Below, piece after piece: positions 7,849 to 17,182 of a DNA stretch of 63,879 nt; position 1 is the first letter of the stretch; every line of letters starts with the position of its first letter. The notes under the pieces are model-generated. The model had not been told where the DNA came from. It worked only from the letters and a program-made list of their open reading frames with translations, and did no database searches. This DNA is from Candidatus Micrarchaeota archaeon (lineage in GTDB: Archaea; Micrarchaeota; Micrarchaeia; Micrarchaeales; Micrarchaeaceae). The stretch spans positions 1 through 63,879 of the forward strand of contig JAJYVY010000001.1 of assembly GCA_021791775.1 (NCBI GenBank). The letters run 5' to 3'. The position numbers and the translations under genes are program-made.

Positions 7849-9102
7849 TTGTACGCATTAAATACTGCTGAAGGCGGTATCTTGACAGAGAGAATAGTGG
7901 TGCTGGCTGTCGACATAGACAACGACCTTTACAGGAAGGCAAAGGTAGCCGGGCCAGTAATCGGCAGGGAAGCGAATCTCAAGGCTGCAGCGAAGCTTGC
8001 GCTGGCAGATCCGCAGGAGGCTGATGCCAACACGATGTTCGAGGCTGTAAGGAAGTATGACGAGCTCAAGAAAAAGGGCTATTCTGTTTCTGTTGCAACT
8101 GTTACTGGCGCAGAGAAGGAGGGTTATGCTGCAGATGCAGCGCTCGCAAGGCAGATAGATATCGTACTAGACAGGTTCAAGGCTGATGCGTGCGTGCTCG
8201 TCACAGACGGAGCTAGCGATATGCGGGTCCTTCCGATACTCAAGACAAGAATAGAGGTAAACAGCGTTGACATTGTAAGGATAAAGCAGGCAGAGGCGCT
8301 CGAGGGCGCCTATTTCACGGTCTTTGAGAAGCTCAAGGAGCCGCATTACGCGAGGATAGTGTTCGGCATACCGGCAGTGCTTCTTTTGCTGTTCGCACTG
8401 AGCTATTACTTCAATTATGGCTGGCAGCTGCCGGCTGCGCTCATAGGGGCGTATCTAATAGCAAAGGGATTCGGAGTTGAGGATTCTTTCGTTAGCTCTT
8501 TCAGAGGACTTGGATTCAGCGTAGAGCGCCTTAGCTTTGTATTCTATACCAGCGCCATAATATTCTTCTTTATAAGCATGATTGTGGGGTATGGGGCATA
8601 CACCTACATGCTTAGGACTACAAACAACCAACTTGTTCTTGTCGCCTCCGCCCTGGAAGGCTTCCTGATACTCTTTCCTGTGAGTTTGGTTTTGTATCTG
8701 GTGGGGCGGGTCCTCGATTTCGAGAATAATAGGATGCGATATAGGGCAATAACGCAGGGGACGTACACAGGTTATGGCATAATAACAGTGATGATAGTCT
8801 ATTTCGCATCTGCATGGATAGTGGGCCAGATATACTTTTGGCAGCTTCTTTTCTTCAGCTTCGTGGCGATAGTCTTCGGATACCTTGTGTCGAAATTCAG
8901 CATGATACTGAGGAGCAGGGCCATAAGAAAGGCGAGAATGAGGGACAAGCAGGTCATAAATGACATAGGGGCTTATGTCGGCAAGGTGACATCGATAGAC
9001 CCAAAGCGCGGCATAATGATGATCAAAACCGATTACGGGAATATAATAAGATACGATATAGACAGAGTCACTAGCATATCCGATAGGATAATAGTCAGAT
9101 AG
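7849..9102 (+). CDS. DUF373-family archaeal membrane protein
   Basis: The N-terminal soluble domain (VVLAVDIDNDLYRKAKVAGPVIGREANLKAAAKLALADPQEADANTMF ... VLVTDGASD) is followed by multiple TM helices. Confidence 0.7.
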   Translation: MYALNTAEGGILTERIVVLAVDIDNDLYRKAKVAGPVIGREANLKAAAKLALADPQEADANTMFEAVRKYDELKKKGYSVSVATVTGAEKEGYAADAALARQIDIVLDRFKADACVLVTDGASDMRVLPILKTRIEVNSVDIVRIKQAEALEGAYFTVFEKLKEPHYARIVFGIPAVLLLLFALSYYFNYGWQLPAALIGAYLIAKGFGVEDSFVSSFRGLGFSVERLSFVFYTSAIIFFFISMIVGYGAYTYMLRTTNNQLVLVASALEGFLILFPVSLVLYLVGRVLDFENNRMRYRAITQGTYTGYGIITVMIVYFASAWIVGQIYFWQLLFFSFVAIVFGYLVSKFSMILRSRAIRKARMRDKQVINDIGAYVGKVTSIDPKRGIMMIKTDYGNIIRYDIDRVTSISDRIIVR

Positions 9103-9115
9103 TTGCACGTAGGGA

Positions 9116-9424
9116 TTAGAAATTGCCCCATAGTGCATCTGCTCCTGGTCGCAGCGTTTCCCTCCAATTTTTAAGAGAGTCTACTTCGCGCTTGGCTTCG
9201 TTTAGGAGTTCTGCTACAGCAGCTATCGCATCCTGCTCAGATTCACTCCTGCGCAATATTGCGATGAGCTCACCAATTTTTGTTTCGACAGTGCGTCCGG
9301 TGGGATTTATTCCGGCATCGGAGAGCGCCAGTTCTACTATGCTGCGGAGAGTGCCCAAGGGCATTTCGACGCCTTCGCCCCTAACTTCTGGGGGCGCCAG
9401 TTTGGCCTGTTTATTGGCTTGCAT
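9116..9424 (-). CDS. Hypothetical small helical protein
   Basis: I placed the start at Met47 of track ORF 9116..9562. A TATATATA box at about 9451-9460 lies roughly 30 nt upstream of this ATG. No recognisable family. Confidence 0.45.
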   Translation of the reverse strand: MQANKQAKLAPPEVRGEGVEMPLGTLRSIVELALSDAGINPTGRTVETKIGELIAILRRSESEQDAIAAVAELLNEAKREVDSLKNWRETLRPGADALWGNF

Positions 9425-9666
9425 GTTACCTGATATGTTGGGTTTTGGCAGATATATATAGCTTGTTGCTGAGCAGAAATGGGGAGTTGAATTTATATCG
9501 TGGCTTTTTATCGCCTTTTTGATGCTTCTATTACCGCACCGCCGCACACGATTTACCTGCATTTGAGAATGCCGAGCGGATTGATTCCTCCTCCGCCTTG
9601 AAAGACTAGGGTTTCTTAAGCCAAAAGTTTAAGAATTCAGCCTCCTATAGAAAGCAAGGTTTATAT

Positions 9667-9975
9667 ATGCCTGAATACAATAACAAGACGATAGTGCTGC
9701 ATGAACTTATAGGGCTAAAAGCATCTGTAGTGAGCAGCAATGACAGTTCAAGGAATGGCATAAAAGGAATTGTGATAAATGAGACCAAAAACACTGTTGT
9801 GATACGCACAAAGACGGGAGACAAGGCAGTGCCAAAGCGCACATCAACATTTAAATTCCTTTTCGGAAGAAATAAGTTTACTGTCAGCGGAGAAGAAATC
9901 TGCTTCAGGCCGCAGGAGCGCCTTGAGAAGAGCTTTAAATTCTACAAGAGGAGGCGCCTGCAGAATAGCAAATGA
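9667..9975 (+). CDS. rnp1: Ribonuclease P protein component 1 (Rpp29/Pop4)
   Basis: HELIGLKASVVSSNDSSRNGIKGIVINETKNTVVIRTKTGDKAVPK is the typical Rpp29 Sm-like core. The gene sits in its conserved position directly upstream of S17. Confidence 0.85.
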   Translation: MPEYNNKTIVLHELIGLKASVVSSNDSSRNGIKGIVINETKNTVVIRTKTGDKAVPKRTSTFKFLFGRNKFTVSGEEICFRPQERLEKSFKFYKRRRLQNSK

Positions 9976-9993
9976 AACTCAAAAGATGATTGT

Positions 9994-10290
9994 TTGGAAT
10001 GCAAGGATCCAAAGTGTCCCATACACGGCAACCTTAAGACCCATGGTTACAGGATGGAAGGATTGGTTGTCAGCGACAGGGCCAAAAAAACAGTAATAGT
10101 GGAAAGTGAATATACCACATTCCTGAAGAAATACGAGAGATCTTTGAGGAATACCTCTAGGATACCTGCATACAATCCGGAATGCATAAATGCTAAGACA
10201 GGCGACACCGTGGCTATTGCGGGCACAAGAAGGCTGAGCAAGACCAAGTCGTTCGTAGTGACAAAAATATTGAAGGCGGGAGCAAAATGA
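9994..10290 (+). CDS. rps17: 30S ribosomal protein uS17
   Basis: [16 protein letters not shown] ... [13 protein letters not shown] ... [20 protein letters not shown]. Confidence 0.93.
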   Translation: MECKDPKCPIHGNLKTHGYRMEGLVVSDRAKKTVIVESEYTTFLKKYERSLRNTSRIPAYNPECINAKTGDTVAIAGTRRLSKTKSFVVTKILKAGAK

Positions 10291-10685
10291 AGGGATTATC
10301 GACACACGTATCAAGGAGCCTTGTTCCGGGGTCCGTATTGGCATGCGCAGACAACAGCGGAGCGAAGACCCTCATGATAGTGAACAAGATCGGGAAAGCC
10401 GGAAGGAAGGGCAGGCTTGCCGCGTCTGGTGTAGGAGATATAGTCATCGCGAGCGTGAAGACCGGGACACCGCAGTACAAGAAGAAGGTAGTAAGGGTGG
10501 TGATAATAAGACAGAAACAGCCAATGCGCAGAATCAATGGAATGCGAGTTAGATTCGAGGATAATGCTGGCATGCTGGTCACTGAGACCAACCTGGCAGT
10601 GGGCACTGAAGTCAAGGGCGCGATGGCTAGGGAGGTGGTTGAGAGGTATATAAAGCTGGCAGGGATAGCATCTCGGGTGGTATGA
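10287..10685 (+). CDS. rpl14: 50S ribosomal protein uL14
   Basis: 132 aa: [15 protein letters not shown] ... GDIVIASVK ... canonical L14. Confidence 0.97.
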   Translation: MKGLSTHVSRSLVPGSVLACADNSGAKTLMIVNKIGKAGRKGRLAASGVGDIVIASVKTGTPQYKKKVVRVVIIRQKQPMRRINGMRVRFEDNAGMLVTETNLAVGTEVKGAMAREVVERYIKLAGIASRVV

Positions 10686-11173
10686 TGATAGAAAGCAGCA
10701 AGCCAAGAAACCAGAGGTTCTTCCGCTACAACGCACCCATGCATGAAAGGCAGAAGTTCGTCCATGCTCATGTTGATAAGCAGCTTAGGGAAAAACTGCA
10801 GCTCAAAAGGAGGGCGGTGCAGCTGGCTAGGGGGGACACGATAAAAATAATGAGCGGCGGCAAAAGGGGGCAATCCGGCAAGGTCACCATGATAAATATG
10901 AAGACAGGCAAAATCTACATAGACAGCATTAAGAAGAAAAACGCAAAGGGAAAGGAATTCAACGTGCCGATAAGCTGCAGTAATGTTTACATCACAGATC
11001 TGAATTTATCTGACAAGGTGAGAGCTGACAAGCTGAAACTGAAATACCAGCCTGCGCCAAAGACTGAGATGAAAGAGGCGGAGGGAGAAAAGAGCACGGC
11101 AGTGATAGAGCAGAAGGTAAGGCAGCCGACCAAAGACGAAAACAGGGCAAAGATGGAGCTCGGGGTAAGATAA
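10682..11173 (+). CDS. rpl24: 50S ribosomal protein uL24 with a ~45-aa charged C-terminal tail
   Basis: KOW core RGDTIKIMSGGKRGQSGKV. The ORF continues in frame about 45 aa beyond the usual end (KYQPAPKTEMKEAEGEKSTAVIEQKVRQPTKDENRAKMELGVR). Confidence 0.93.
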   Translation: MMIESSKPRNQRFFRYNAPMHERQKFVHAHVDKQLREKLQLKRRAVQLARGDTIKIMSGGKRGQSGKVTMINMKTGKIYIDSIKKKNAKGKEFNVPISCSNVYITDLNLSDKVRADKLKLKYQPAPKTEMKEAEGEKSTAVIEQKVRQPTKDENRAKMELGVR

Positions 11174-11856
11174 TGGCGAAAAAGGGAAATAGCCGCCATA
11201 TAAAATCGCTTGCATCGCCGAAATACATGGCAGTGCACAAAAAGGAGCATGTATATGTTGCGAAGCCGCTTCCAGGCAGGCACAGCCTTGAACGCTGCAT
11301 GCCGCTTTCATTGGCGGTAAAAAAGATTGGAATTGCAAAGACAGGCATGGAGATAAGGAAGATGATAAAAATGAAGGGGGTGTTTGTCAACGGAATTGCT
11401 AGGAGCAGCACCGCTTATCCAGTTGGGCTGGGAGACATGGTAAGCATACCGAAATCTGGAGAGACTTACTCGATAGGGATAAATGAAAGGGGGCAGGCGA
11501 CAATAGAGAAGATGGAAAAGAGTGTGAATGAAAGGATAGGGAAAATCGTTCAAAAATATAAAGCGCCAGGCAACGAAATAATGATACGGCTGCATGACGG
11601 TACAATAGCGAAGAGCGACAACGGAGTGAGTGTGAATGATTCTATAGTTTTAGATGGGGCCAACAAGGTAAAAAGGGTGCTCAAGCTTGGCGAGGGAAGC
11701 AGATGCCTAGTAATAGATGGGGTTCACTCAGGCAGATTTGGAATTGTAAAAAAAGTGATACAAGGCAATGAGGTATCGAAAGCGTCAGTAGTAGTGGAAG
11801 GGAGCGATGGTGCGGCATTTGATACGCTGCTGCTCAACATAATGGTAGTTGAATGA
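11173..11856 (+). CDS. rps4e: 30S ribosomal protein eS4 (S4e)
   Basis: MAKKGNSRHIKSLASPKYMAVHKKEHVYVAKPLPGRH ... typical S4e. Confidence 0.95.
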   Translation: MAKKGNSRHIKSLASPKYMAVHKKEHVYVAKPLPGRHSLERCMPLSLAVKKIGIAKTGMEIRKMIKMKGVFVNGIARSSTAYPVGLGDMVSIPKSGETYSIGINERGQATIEKMEKSVNERIGKIVQKYKAPGNEIMIRLHDGTIAKSDNGVSVNDSIVLDGANKVKRVLKLGEGSRCLVIDGVHSGRFGIVKKVIQGNEVSKASVVVEGSDGAAFDTLLLNIMVVE

Positions 11857-12373
11857 TATGAAAGATGGAAATCCTATGCAGAGCATATACATAAGCAAAG
11901 TGGTCATTAACATAGGCAGTGGCAACGAGGAAAAAAAGGCGGATGCGGCTAAGAAGTTGCTAGAGCTCATCACTGAGCGAAAGCCCACAGACACGATATC
12001 GAAGAACAGGAGGCCGGCATTCAAGATAACTAGGGGCCAAAAGATAGGCGCATTTGTCACACTTAGAAAGGATGCGGCGCGGAATGCGCTGAAGCGCCTT
12101 TTGGACGCGGTCGACAACAGGGTGAAGTTGACTGGCGTGACAGACAATTCGTTGAGCTTTGGGATAAAGGAGTATATAGACATTCGCGGTATAAAATACG
12201 ATCCACAGATAGGAATGCTTGGGATGAATGTGAATGCGTCGCTCAGAAGAAAAGGAAGCAGGGTTGCAGAGAGGAAGAGGATGGCGGCTAAGATACCGAA
12301 AAGGCATTCCAGGATAGGGCCAGAATTGGTAAAGGAATACATGAATAAGGAGTTTAACGTAGAATTCGTGTGA
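11849..12373 (+). CDS. rpl5: 50S ribosomal protein uL5
   Basis: 174 aa: NPMQSIYISKVVINIG ... FGIKEYIDI. Confidence 0.95.
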   Translation: MNDMKDGNPMQSIYISKVVINIGSGNEEKKADAAKKLLELITERKPTDTISKNRRPAFKITRGQKIGAFVTLRKDAARNALKRLLDAVDNRVKLTGVTDNSLSFGIKEYIDIRGIKYDPQIGMLGMNVNASLRRKGSRVAERKRMAAKIPKRHSRIGPELVKEYMNKEFNVEFV

Positions 12374-12378
12374 TTTTT

Positions 12379-12537
12379 ATGCAGGTTAGATTTGAAGAGA
12401 GGTTCAAAGGCAAGGGGATAAGGAAGTGCAGGATGTGCGGCAATGTGAGAGGGCTGATACGAGCGCACAACCTCTACATCTGCAGGAAGTGCTTCCGCGA
12501 CAATGCGGTAGGCCTGGGATTCAAGAAATATGGCTGA
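12379..12537 (+). CDS. rps14: 30S ribosomal protein uS14 (zinc-binding type Z)
   Basis: Not in the ORF track (52 aa). My translation is MQVRFEERFKGKGIRKCRMCGNVRGLIRAHNLYICRKCFRDNAVGLGFKKYG, with CxxC...CxxC. It lies in the conserved slot between L5 and S8. Confidence 0.9.
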   Translation: MQVRFEERFKGKGIRKCRMCGNVRGLIRAHNLYICRKCFRDNAVGLGFKKYG

Positions 12538-12923
12538 TGTTTATGGACAGATTCGCAGATGCAATAAATACCATAAAGACAAATGAGCGCATAGGCAGGC
12601 AGGAGTGCGTAGTAGATTCTACAAAACTCATCAAGGCAGTATTGGATGTCATGAAGAAGGAAGACTACATAAGGGGCTACGAGGAATTCTCAGAGGGCCA
12701 TACGAGGAAATTGAGGGTGCTGCTGTCCAACAAGATAAACAGCATAGGGGTGATAAAACCGAGATACTCAATAGGCAAGAAGGACATGCAGAGGTTTGAA
12801 TCACGTTACATACCCAGCAGGGACTTCGGCGTACTCATATTGTCCACGCCGCTGGGGATGATGACTAACCGGAATGCAAGATCTCAAGGCGTGGGCGGGA
12901 GGCTCGTGGCATATGTCTACTAG
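12537..12923 (+). CDS. rps8: 30S ribosomal protein uS8
   Basis: The start ATG overlaps the S14 stop (ATGA) and is in frame with track ORF 12426..12923. MFMDRFADAINTIKTNERIGRQECVV ... is typical S8. Confidence 0.93.
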   Translation: MFMDRFADAINTIKTNERIGRQECVVDSTKLIKAVLDVMKKEDYIRGYEEFSEGHTRKLRVLLSNKINSIGVIKPRYSIGKKDMQRFESRYIPSRDFGVLILSTPLGMMTNRNARSQGVGGRLVAYVY

Positions 12924-13456
12924 TGATTTTTATGAAAGAATTGGAAATACCGGCTGGTGTGGGCGCGTCAGTAGACTTGGACGTGGTCACTGTCAAGGGC
13001 AGCTTGGGGTCCAATTCCAGAAGATTCAACAGCGCGCTCTTATCTGTTAAGGTAGCAGGTAACAAAATAACCATAACGCCAAACTCTTCCAGGATACTGG
13101 GCAAAAAGGCATATGTGGCCCAAACCTCTTTTGCGAAGGAGTTATCTAACGATATGCAGGGGGTGATGAAATACTTCGAGATAAAGATGCAGAGCACACA
13201 TGCGCATTTCCCGCTGACACTGGAGCAGAGAGGCAACGTCCTGATGATAAAGAATATGATAGGTGAGCGGGCGCCAAGGAGCGCCAATGTGGTTGGAAAC
13301 ACGAAAATAGAGGTGAAAGGCCAGGATGTGCGACTCTATGGCACTAGCCTTGATGACGTATCGCAGACCGCAGCCAACATAAGGAAAGCGTGCAAGACAA
13401 GGAGGAAAGATGAACGAGTATTCCAAGATGGAGTATACTATGCAATTGAGGAATGA
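12923..13456 (+). CDS. rpl6: 50S ribosomal protein uL6
   Basis: 177 aa, with position and sequence typical of archaeal L6. Confidence 0.94.
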   Translation: MIFMKELEIPAGVGASVDLDVVTVKGSLGSNSRRFNSALLSVKVAGNKITITPNSSRILGKKAYVAQTSFAKELSNDMQGVMKYFEIKMQSTHAHFPLTLEQRGNVLMIKNMIGERAPRSANVVGNTKIEVKGQDVRLYGTSLDDVSQTAANIRKACKTRRKDERVFQDGVYYAIEE

Positions 13457-13460
13457 TTGA

Positions 13461-13826
13461 ATGATTAAAAAGAGGGTCCATCCGAAATTCAACGTGCCAA
13501 ATTTCGGTGCCAAGAAAAGGAAACGGGTCAGGGAGAACTGGAGGAAACAGAGAGGGATTGATAACAAGAAAAGGATAAAGAAAAGCTTCATGGGGGCTGA
13601 GCCTAACATAGGATACGGCAATCCGAAGGAGTTGAAAGGCGTAAGGAGGTCTGGAAGGCGGCTTTTTGTGGTACATAGCACGGATCAGGTAAAAGGCATT
13701 GGCGGGGAAGATGCGGTTAAGTATGATGTCGCCATAGGCCATGAGGTTTCAAAAAGAAAGCGGCAGGATATAATTGCTGTGGCTGACAAAATGGGCGTAA
13801 AGATAGTGAATCGTGGTAGAGCATGA
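13461..13826 (+). CDS. rpl32e: 50S ribosomal protein eL32 (L32e)
   Basis: HPKFNVPNFGAKKRKRVRENWRKQRGIDNKKR ... typical L32e. Confidence 0.93.
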   Translation: MIKKRVHPKFNVPNFGAKKRKRVRENWRKQRGIDNKKRIKKSFMGAEPNIGYGNPKELKGVRRSGRRLFVVHSTDQVKGIGGEDAVKYDVAIGHEVSKRKRQDIIAVADKMGVKIVNRGRA

Positions 13827-14296
13827 GCGTAGAACTTACAAGGAGGATAGCTGCGAAAATCATGAAGCGCGGCGAGAGCAAGATAAGGATAAGCAGGGCT
13901 GCAGTAGCTGATGCAGAGAAGGCGATAACCGCAGATGACGTAAGGGCGCTGATAAAGGGAGGGAAGGTATACGCTGTGAAGATGAAGCACAATATAAGCT
14001 TCAGGTCTACAGTGGTTAGGAAGAAGAAAATGCAGGGCAGGAGAAGGGGGAGGGGCAGCAGGAAAGGCACAGCCGGTGCCAGGCTTTCTGTAGATTACAA
14101 GAAGAGGGTGAGAGGGCAGAGGAGGATACTAAAAAGGCTTAAATCCACAAATAAGATAGATAATCAGACTTACAAGAGGTTCTATCTGCTTGTAAAGGGG
14201 GGGACGTTTGCGAACAAGGCGTCGCTCATAAGCCACATGAAGAGCACTGGCATAGACATAAGCGATGATGCAGCTAAGGAATTGAGACATATATGA
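13823..14296 (+). CDS. rpl19e: 50S ribosomal protein eL19 (L19e)
   Basis: LTRRIAAKIMKRGESKIRIS ... RRRGRGSRKGTAGAR ... typical L19e. Confidence 0.93.
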   Translation: MSVELTRRIAAKIMKRGESKIRISRAAVADAEKAITADDVRALIKGGKVYAVKMKHNISFRSTVVRKKKMQGRRRGRGSRKGTAGARLSVDYKKRVRGQRRILKRLKSTNKIDNQTYKRFYLLVKGGTFANKASLISHMKSTGIDISDDAAKELRHI

Positions 14297-14300
14297 TGGT

Positions 14301-14840
14301 TTGAGAATGTACAGGAAAATAAAATCTAGGAGGAGGTCAGGAAGGACGAATTACAAGAGAAGGATAGCGCTCTTGAAGGGAAACATGCCGAGGGTTGTGA
14401 TAAGGAAAACCAACAGGAGGATAATAATGCAGGTCCTGGTGTACGGGAAGGATGGCGACAGGGTCGTGGCGCACGCCGAATCCGACGAACTGAGAAAGTT
14501 TGGCTGGGAGCCGAGGGCCAACGCGCCTACCGCGTACCTCACCGGGATGATGCTTGCCAAGAAGGCGAAATCTGGGGTAAAGGGCAGCGTAGTTTTGGAC
14601 ATTGGGCTGTACAAGCCTGTCAAGTCGTCCGTCATATTCTCCGGCGCAAGAGGGGCTGCGGATGGCGGCATGGAGCTGCTCAACAGCATAGATATAGATG
14701 AGGGCAGGATCAGAGGTGCGCATATCGCGGATTACGCGAAATCCGGCAAAGCGGCATTCTCCGCATACAAGAAAGCAAATTTCGATGTATCAAATATTTC
14801 GGAGGTATTCGATGGTGTCAAGAAAAGGATAATGGAGTGA
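14301..14840 (+). CDS. rpl18: 50S ribosomal protein uL18
   Basis: RRRSGRTNYKRRIALLKGNMPRVVIRKTNRRIIMQV ... typical archaeal L18. Confidence 0.93.
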   Translation: MRMYRKIKSRRRSGRTNYKRRIALLKGNMPRVVIRKTNRRIIMQVLVYGKDGDRVVAHAESDELRKFGWEPRANAPTAYLTGMMLAKKAKSGVKGSVVLDIGLYKPVKSSVIFSGARGAADGGMELLNSIDIDEGRIRGAHIADYAKSGKAAFSAYKKANFDVSNISEVFDGVKKRIME

Positions 14841-14844
14841 TTTT

Positions 14845-15504
14845 TTGGAAAGCAGATACGATTCGGAAGAAAATAGGTTCAACATAGAGCTGTGGGAGCC
14901 TAAGACGGAGATAGGCAGGCGGGTGAAGGCTCACGAGATAACCTCCATAGAGCAGATATTCAATGAGGGTAAGCACATAAGGGAAACGGGCGTAGTGGAC
15001 GCACTGCTGCCAAACCTCAAGAATGAGGTCATAGAGATAGCAAGCGTACAAAGGATGACGAAGAACAACAGGAAGGCGAAGTTCAGGGTAACGGCGATTG
15101 TGGGCGACGGGAACGGGCACGTGGGCGTGGGCAGCGGGAAGGAGGCCGAGGTGAAGGCGGCGATCGACAGGGCGATCAGGAACGCAAAGGAGAATATAAT
15201 ACCGATAATATTCGGATGTGGGTCATGGCAGTGCATGTGCGGAATGCCTCACAGCATACCGCTCATAGCTAAGGGAAAATGCAGCAGCGTAGAGGTGATA
15301 CTCAAGCCTGCGCCAAGAGGGCTTGGTGTGGTGGCGAGCGAGCCGATAAAGAAGATGCTGGAGCTGGCGGGAGTGAAGGACCTTTGGAGCTTTTCTAGAG
15401 GTAGGACACGGGCGAAGTACAATGCGCTGATGGCGACTTATAGGGCGCTGAGGAAGGCGGCTTCCATGAAGAACATGGCCGTGATGGAGGCGAAAGAAAA
15501 GTGA
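14845..15504 (+). CDS. rps5: 30S ribosomal protein uS5
   Basis: 219 aa: QRMTKNNRKAKFRVTAIVGDGNGHVGVGSGKEAEV. Confidence 0.95.
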   Translation: MESRYDSEENRFNIELWEPKTEIGRRVKAHEITSIEQIFNEGKHIRETGVVDALLPNLKNEVIEIASVQRMTKNNRKAKFRVTAIVGDGNGHVGVGSGKEAEVKAAIDRAIRNAKENIIPIIFGCGSWQCMCGMPHSIPLIAKGKCSSVEVILKPAPRGLGVVASEPIKKMLELAGVKDLWSFSRGRTRAKYNALMATYRALRKAASMKNMAVMEAKEK

Positions 15505-16127
15505 GTGATTCTTTGAACGACAGGGATTTCGTTACGCCTGGGGAGCAGCTGGCTACCGAGGAGGAGCTTACAAAAGAATCCAACATATACGCTGAAAATG
15601 GCGTATTGTACGCGGCTGCTGCTGGAAGGGCGTCAATAAAGAACGGCGTAGTCAGTGTGCTTCCTCTGAAAACGAAGAGGCGCATGGAGCCCGGCATGCT
15701 TGTCATAGGGAACGTGTCGGACAGCCTGAAGAGCGTAGTGTTCGTGAAGATCGACAAGATAGAGAAAGAGAGGGAGGAATATGTGGCCGGCAAGGATGGC
15801 AAGATAATAATAAGAGAGAGGAGGGAAGGATTCAGGAGGGGGAGGAATATGTACAGCGAGCCGCCTGCACGCGAGGAAAGGCCGTGCAAGAAAGGTGATA
15901 CGGTAATCGCACTGGTGGAGGGGGAGAACAAAGACGCCTACACTCTAGGCTTTAGGGACCCGAATGCGGGTGTAGTGTATTCTTTGTGCGAGGTGTGTGG
16001 AGAACCCTTGGTGAAAGGAGACCGGCCTGGCATACTCGCTTGCAATAGGTGCAGAAGAATAGAAAGGAGAAGGGTGAGCCAGCTTTATGGCGACCCGGAG
16101 GGAATTAAAAAATTATTCTCATGGTAA
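15501..16127 (+). CDS. csl4: Exosome complex RNA-binding subunit Csl4
   Basis: It has an N-terminal domain (FVTPGEQLATEEE), an S1-like core and a C-terminal zinc ribbon (CEVCGEPL ... CNRCRR). The GTG start overlaps the S5 stop by 4 nt. Confidence 0.78.
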   Translation: MSDSLNDRDFVTPGEQLATEEELTKESNIYAENGVLYAAAAGRASIKNGVVSVLPLKTKRRMEPGMLVIGNVSDSLKSVVFVKIDKIEKEREEYVAGKDGKIIIRERREGFRRGRNMYSEPPAREERPCKKGDTVIALVEGENKDAYTLGFRDPNAGVVYSLCEVCGEPLVKGDRPGILACNRCRRIERRRVSQLYGDPEGIKKLFSW

Positions 16128-16136
16128 GGTGGTCAA

Positions 16137-16409
16137 ATGGATATAAAAATCGTAAGGAACGACGGGAAAGAATTGGTCATAGAGTTCCAGTCGAAGGACA
16201 TGACATTCCCTGATCTTGTAGCGCATGAGCTGCAGAATGACAGCGATGTAAGCTTCGCGGGAGTTGCGAAGGAGCACCCGGAAGTCGGTGTCCCGGTTTT
16301 GGCAATAAGAACATCGAAGAAAAGCGCGGTAGCGGCACTTGAGAGCGCGTTGGAGAGGATAAAGGACAATGCAAAGGAGCTGAAAAGCGCGATGTCGAAG
16401 AAGAAGTAA
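16137..16409 (+). CDS. rpoL: DNA-directed RNA polymerase subunit L (Rpo11)
   Basis: 90 aa: ELVIEFQSKDMTFPDLVAHELQNDSDVSFAGVAKEHPEVGVPVLAIRT, typical RpoL. Confidence 0.85.
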   Translation: MDIKIVRNDGKELVIEFQSKDMTFPDLVAHELQNDSDVSFAGVAKEHPEVGVPVLAIRTSKKSAVAALESALERIKDNAKELKSAMSKKK

Positions 16410-16440
16410 AGGCACACGGCAATCATCAAAATTAGTATGA

Positions 16441-16460
16441 TTTTTGCATAGATGCAAAAA
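16441..16460. promoter_or_regulatory. Palindrome TTTTTGCAT-AG-ATGCAAAAA between rpoL and the DUF99 gene
   Basis: The 9-bp arms are perfectly complementary. It sits 32 nt after the rpoL stop and 15 nt before the GGGAGGGTGG Shine-Dalgarno-like element and TTG start of the next gene. It could be a terminator or attenuator hairpin, or a dimeric-factor site. Confidence 0.3.
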
Positions 16461-16474
16461 TAAGGGAGGGTGGA

Positions 16475-17032
16475 TTGAAAAGCGGGATAAGGATAGCCGC
16501 CATAACGAGTGGGCCCATAAGCAAAAAGAACGAAAAAAGGGAGGGGGTGGCGCTCGCGGTGGCAGTAATCGGCAGCGCGAACGGCATAGAGGGGGTACTT
16601 TCATCACGTGTTGCAGTAGATGGATTTGACTCTACAGGCAAAATAATAAGGATGATAAAAAGGTCGCGGTTTAGGGAACAGGTGAAGGCGGTGGCGCTTA
16701 ATGGAATAGCAATTGCCGGATTGAATATTGTAGACGTAGAGGAGCTTTACAAAAAACTGCGCTGCCCGGTAATAATAGTTACAAGGAAAAGGCCGAGGCG
16801 CAGCCTGTTGGCAAGGTCGGTCAGGCTCGTCGGAAAGAGCGGGTCCGAAAAGAAAATGAAGATTGCGCTGCTAAAAAATCAGAACGCTGCAAGAAAGATG
16901 GAGGGCTTCTATGTGCAAGCGCATCCAGACATCGATATTGGGGCTATCGTGGCTACTTCTGCACATTTGCTTAGATTATCGCACATGATTTCAAGCGGGA
17001 TAGCGCGGGGGGAGTCTAAGGGCAGGATATGA
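16475..17032 (+). CDS. UPF0215/DUF99 family protein (endonuclease V-like fold)
   Basis: RVAVDGFDSTGKIIRMIKRSRFREQVKAVALNGIAIAGLNIVDVEELYKKLRCPVIIV matches the family pattern as I recall it. Confidence 0.75.
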   Translation: MKSGIRIAAITSGPISKKNEKREGVALAVAVIGSANGIEGVLSSRVAVDGFDSTGKIIRMIKRSRFREQVKAVALNGIAIAGLNIVDVEELYKKLRCPVIIVTRKRPRRSLLARSVRLVGKSGSEKKMKIALLKNQNAARKMEGFYVQAHPDIDIGAIVATSAHLLRLSHMISSGIARGESKGRI

Positions 17033-17182
17033 AGAGAGCGCGTATATTGCCATACGTATTTATCTGCATTATTAATTATTCAACACAGAGCGTTGGCTGA
17101 GAGTGGAGATCAGGCAATTTGGAAAAAGAATACAATATAATACTTTTCTGTGCTTTCTTATATTGCTCATTTTGGTGATAAG

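Noticed and set aside
8455-9138. 227-aa minus-strand ORF
   Set aside because: It is antisense to the DUF373 membrane protein, has an odd Y/H/C-rich composition and no family resemblance.
9470-9660. C/D-box sRNA in the gap upstream of the spc operon (TGATGC ... TTGAGA ... motifs)
   Set aside because: The boxes are imperfect, there is no CTGA D box at appropriate spacing, and there is no terminal stem.
10214-12468. Long minus-strand ORFs (10214..10873, 10992..11411, 11785..12468) across the ribosomal operon
   Set aside because: They are antisense to unmistakable L14, L24, S4e and L5 genes. The open antisense frames are a by-product of purine-rich (AAG/GAA/GGA) sense codons.
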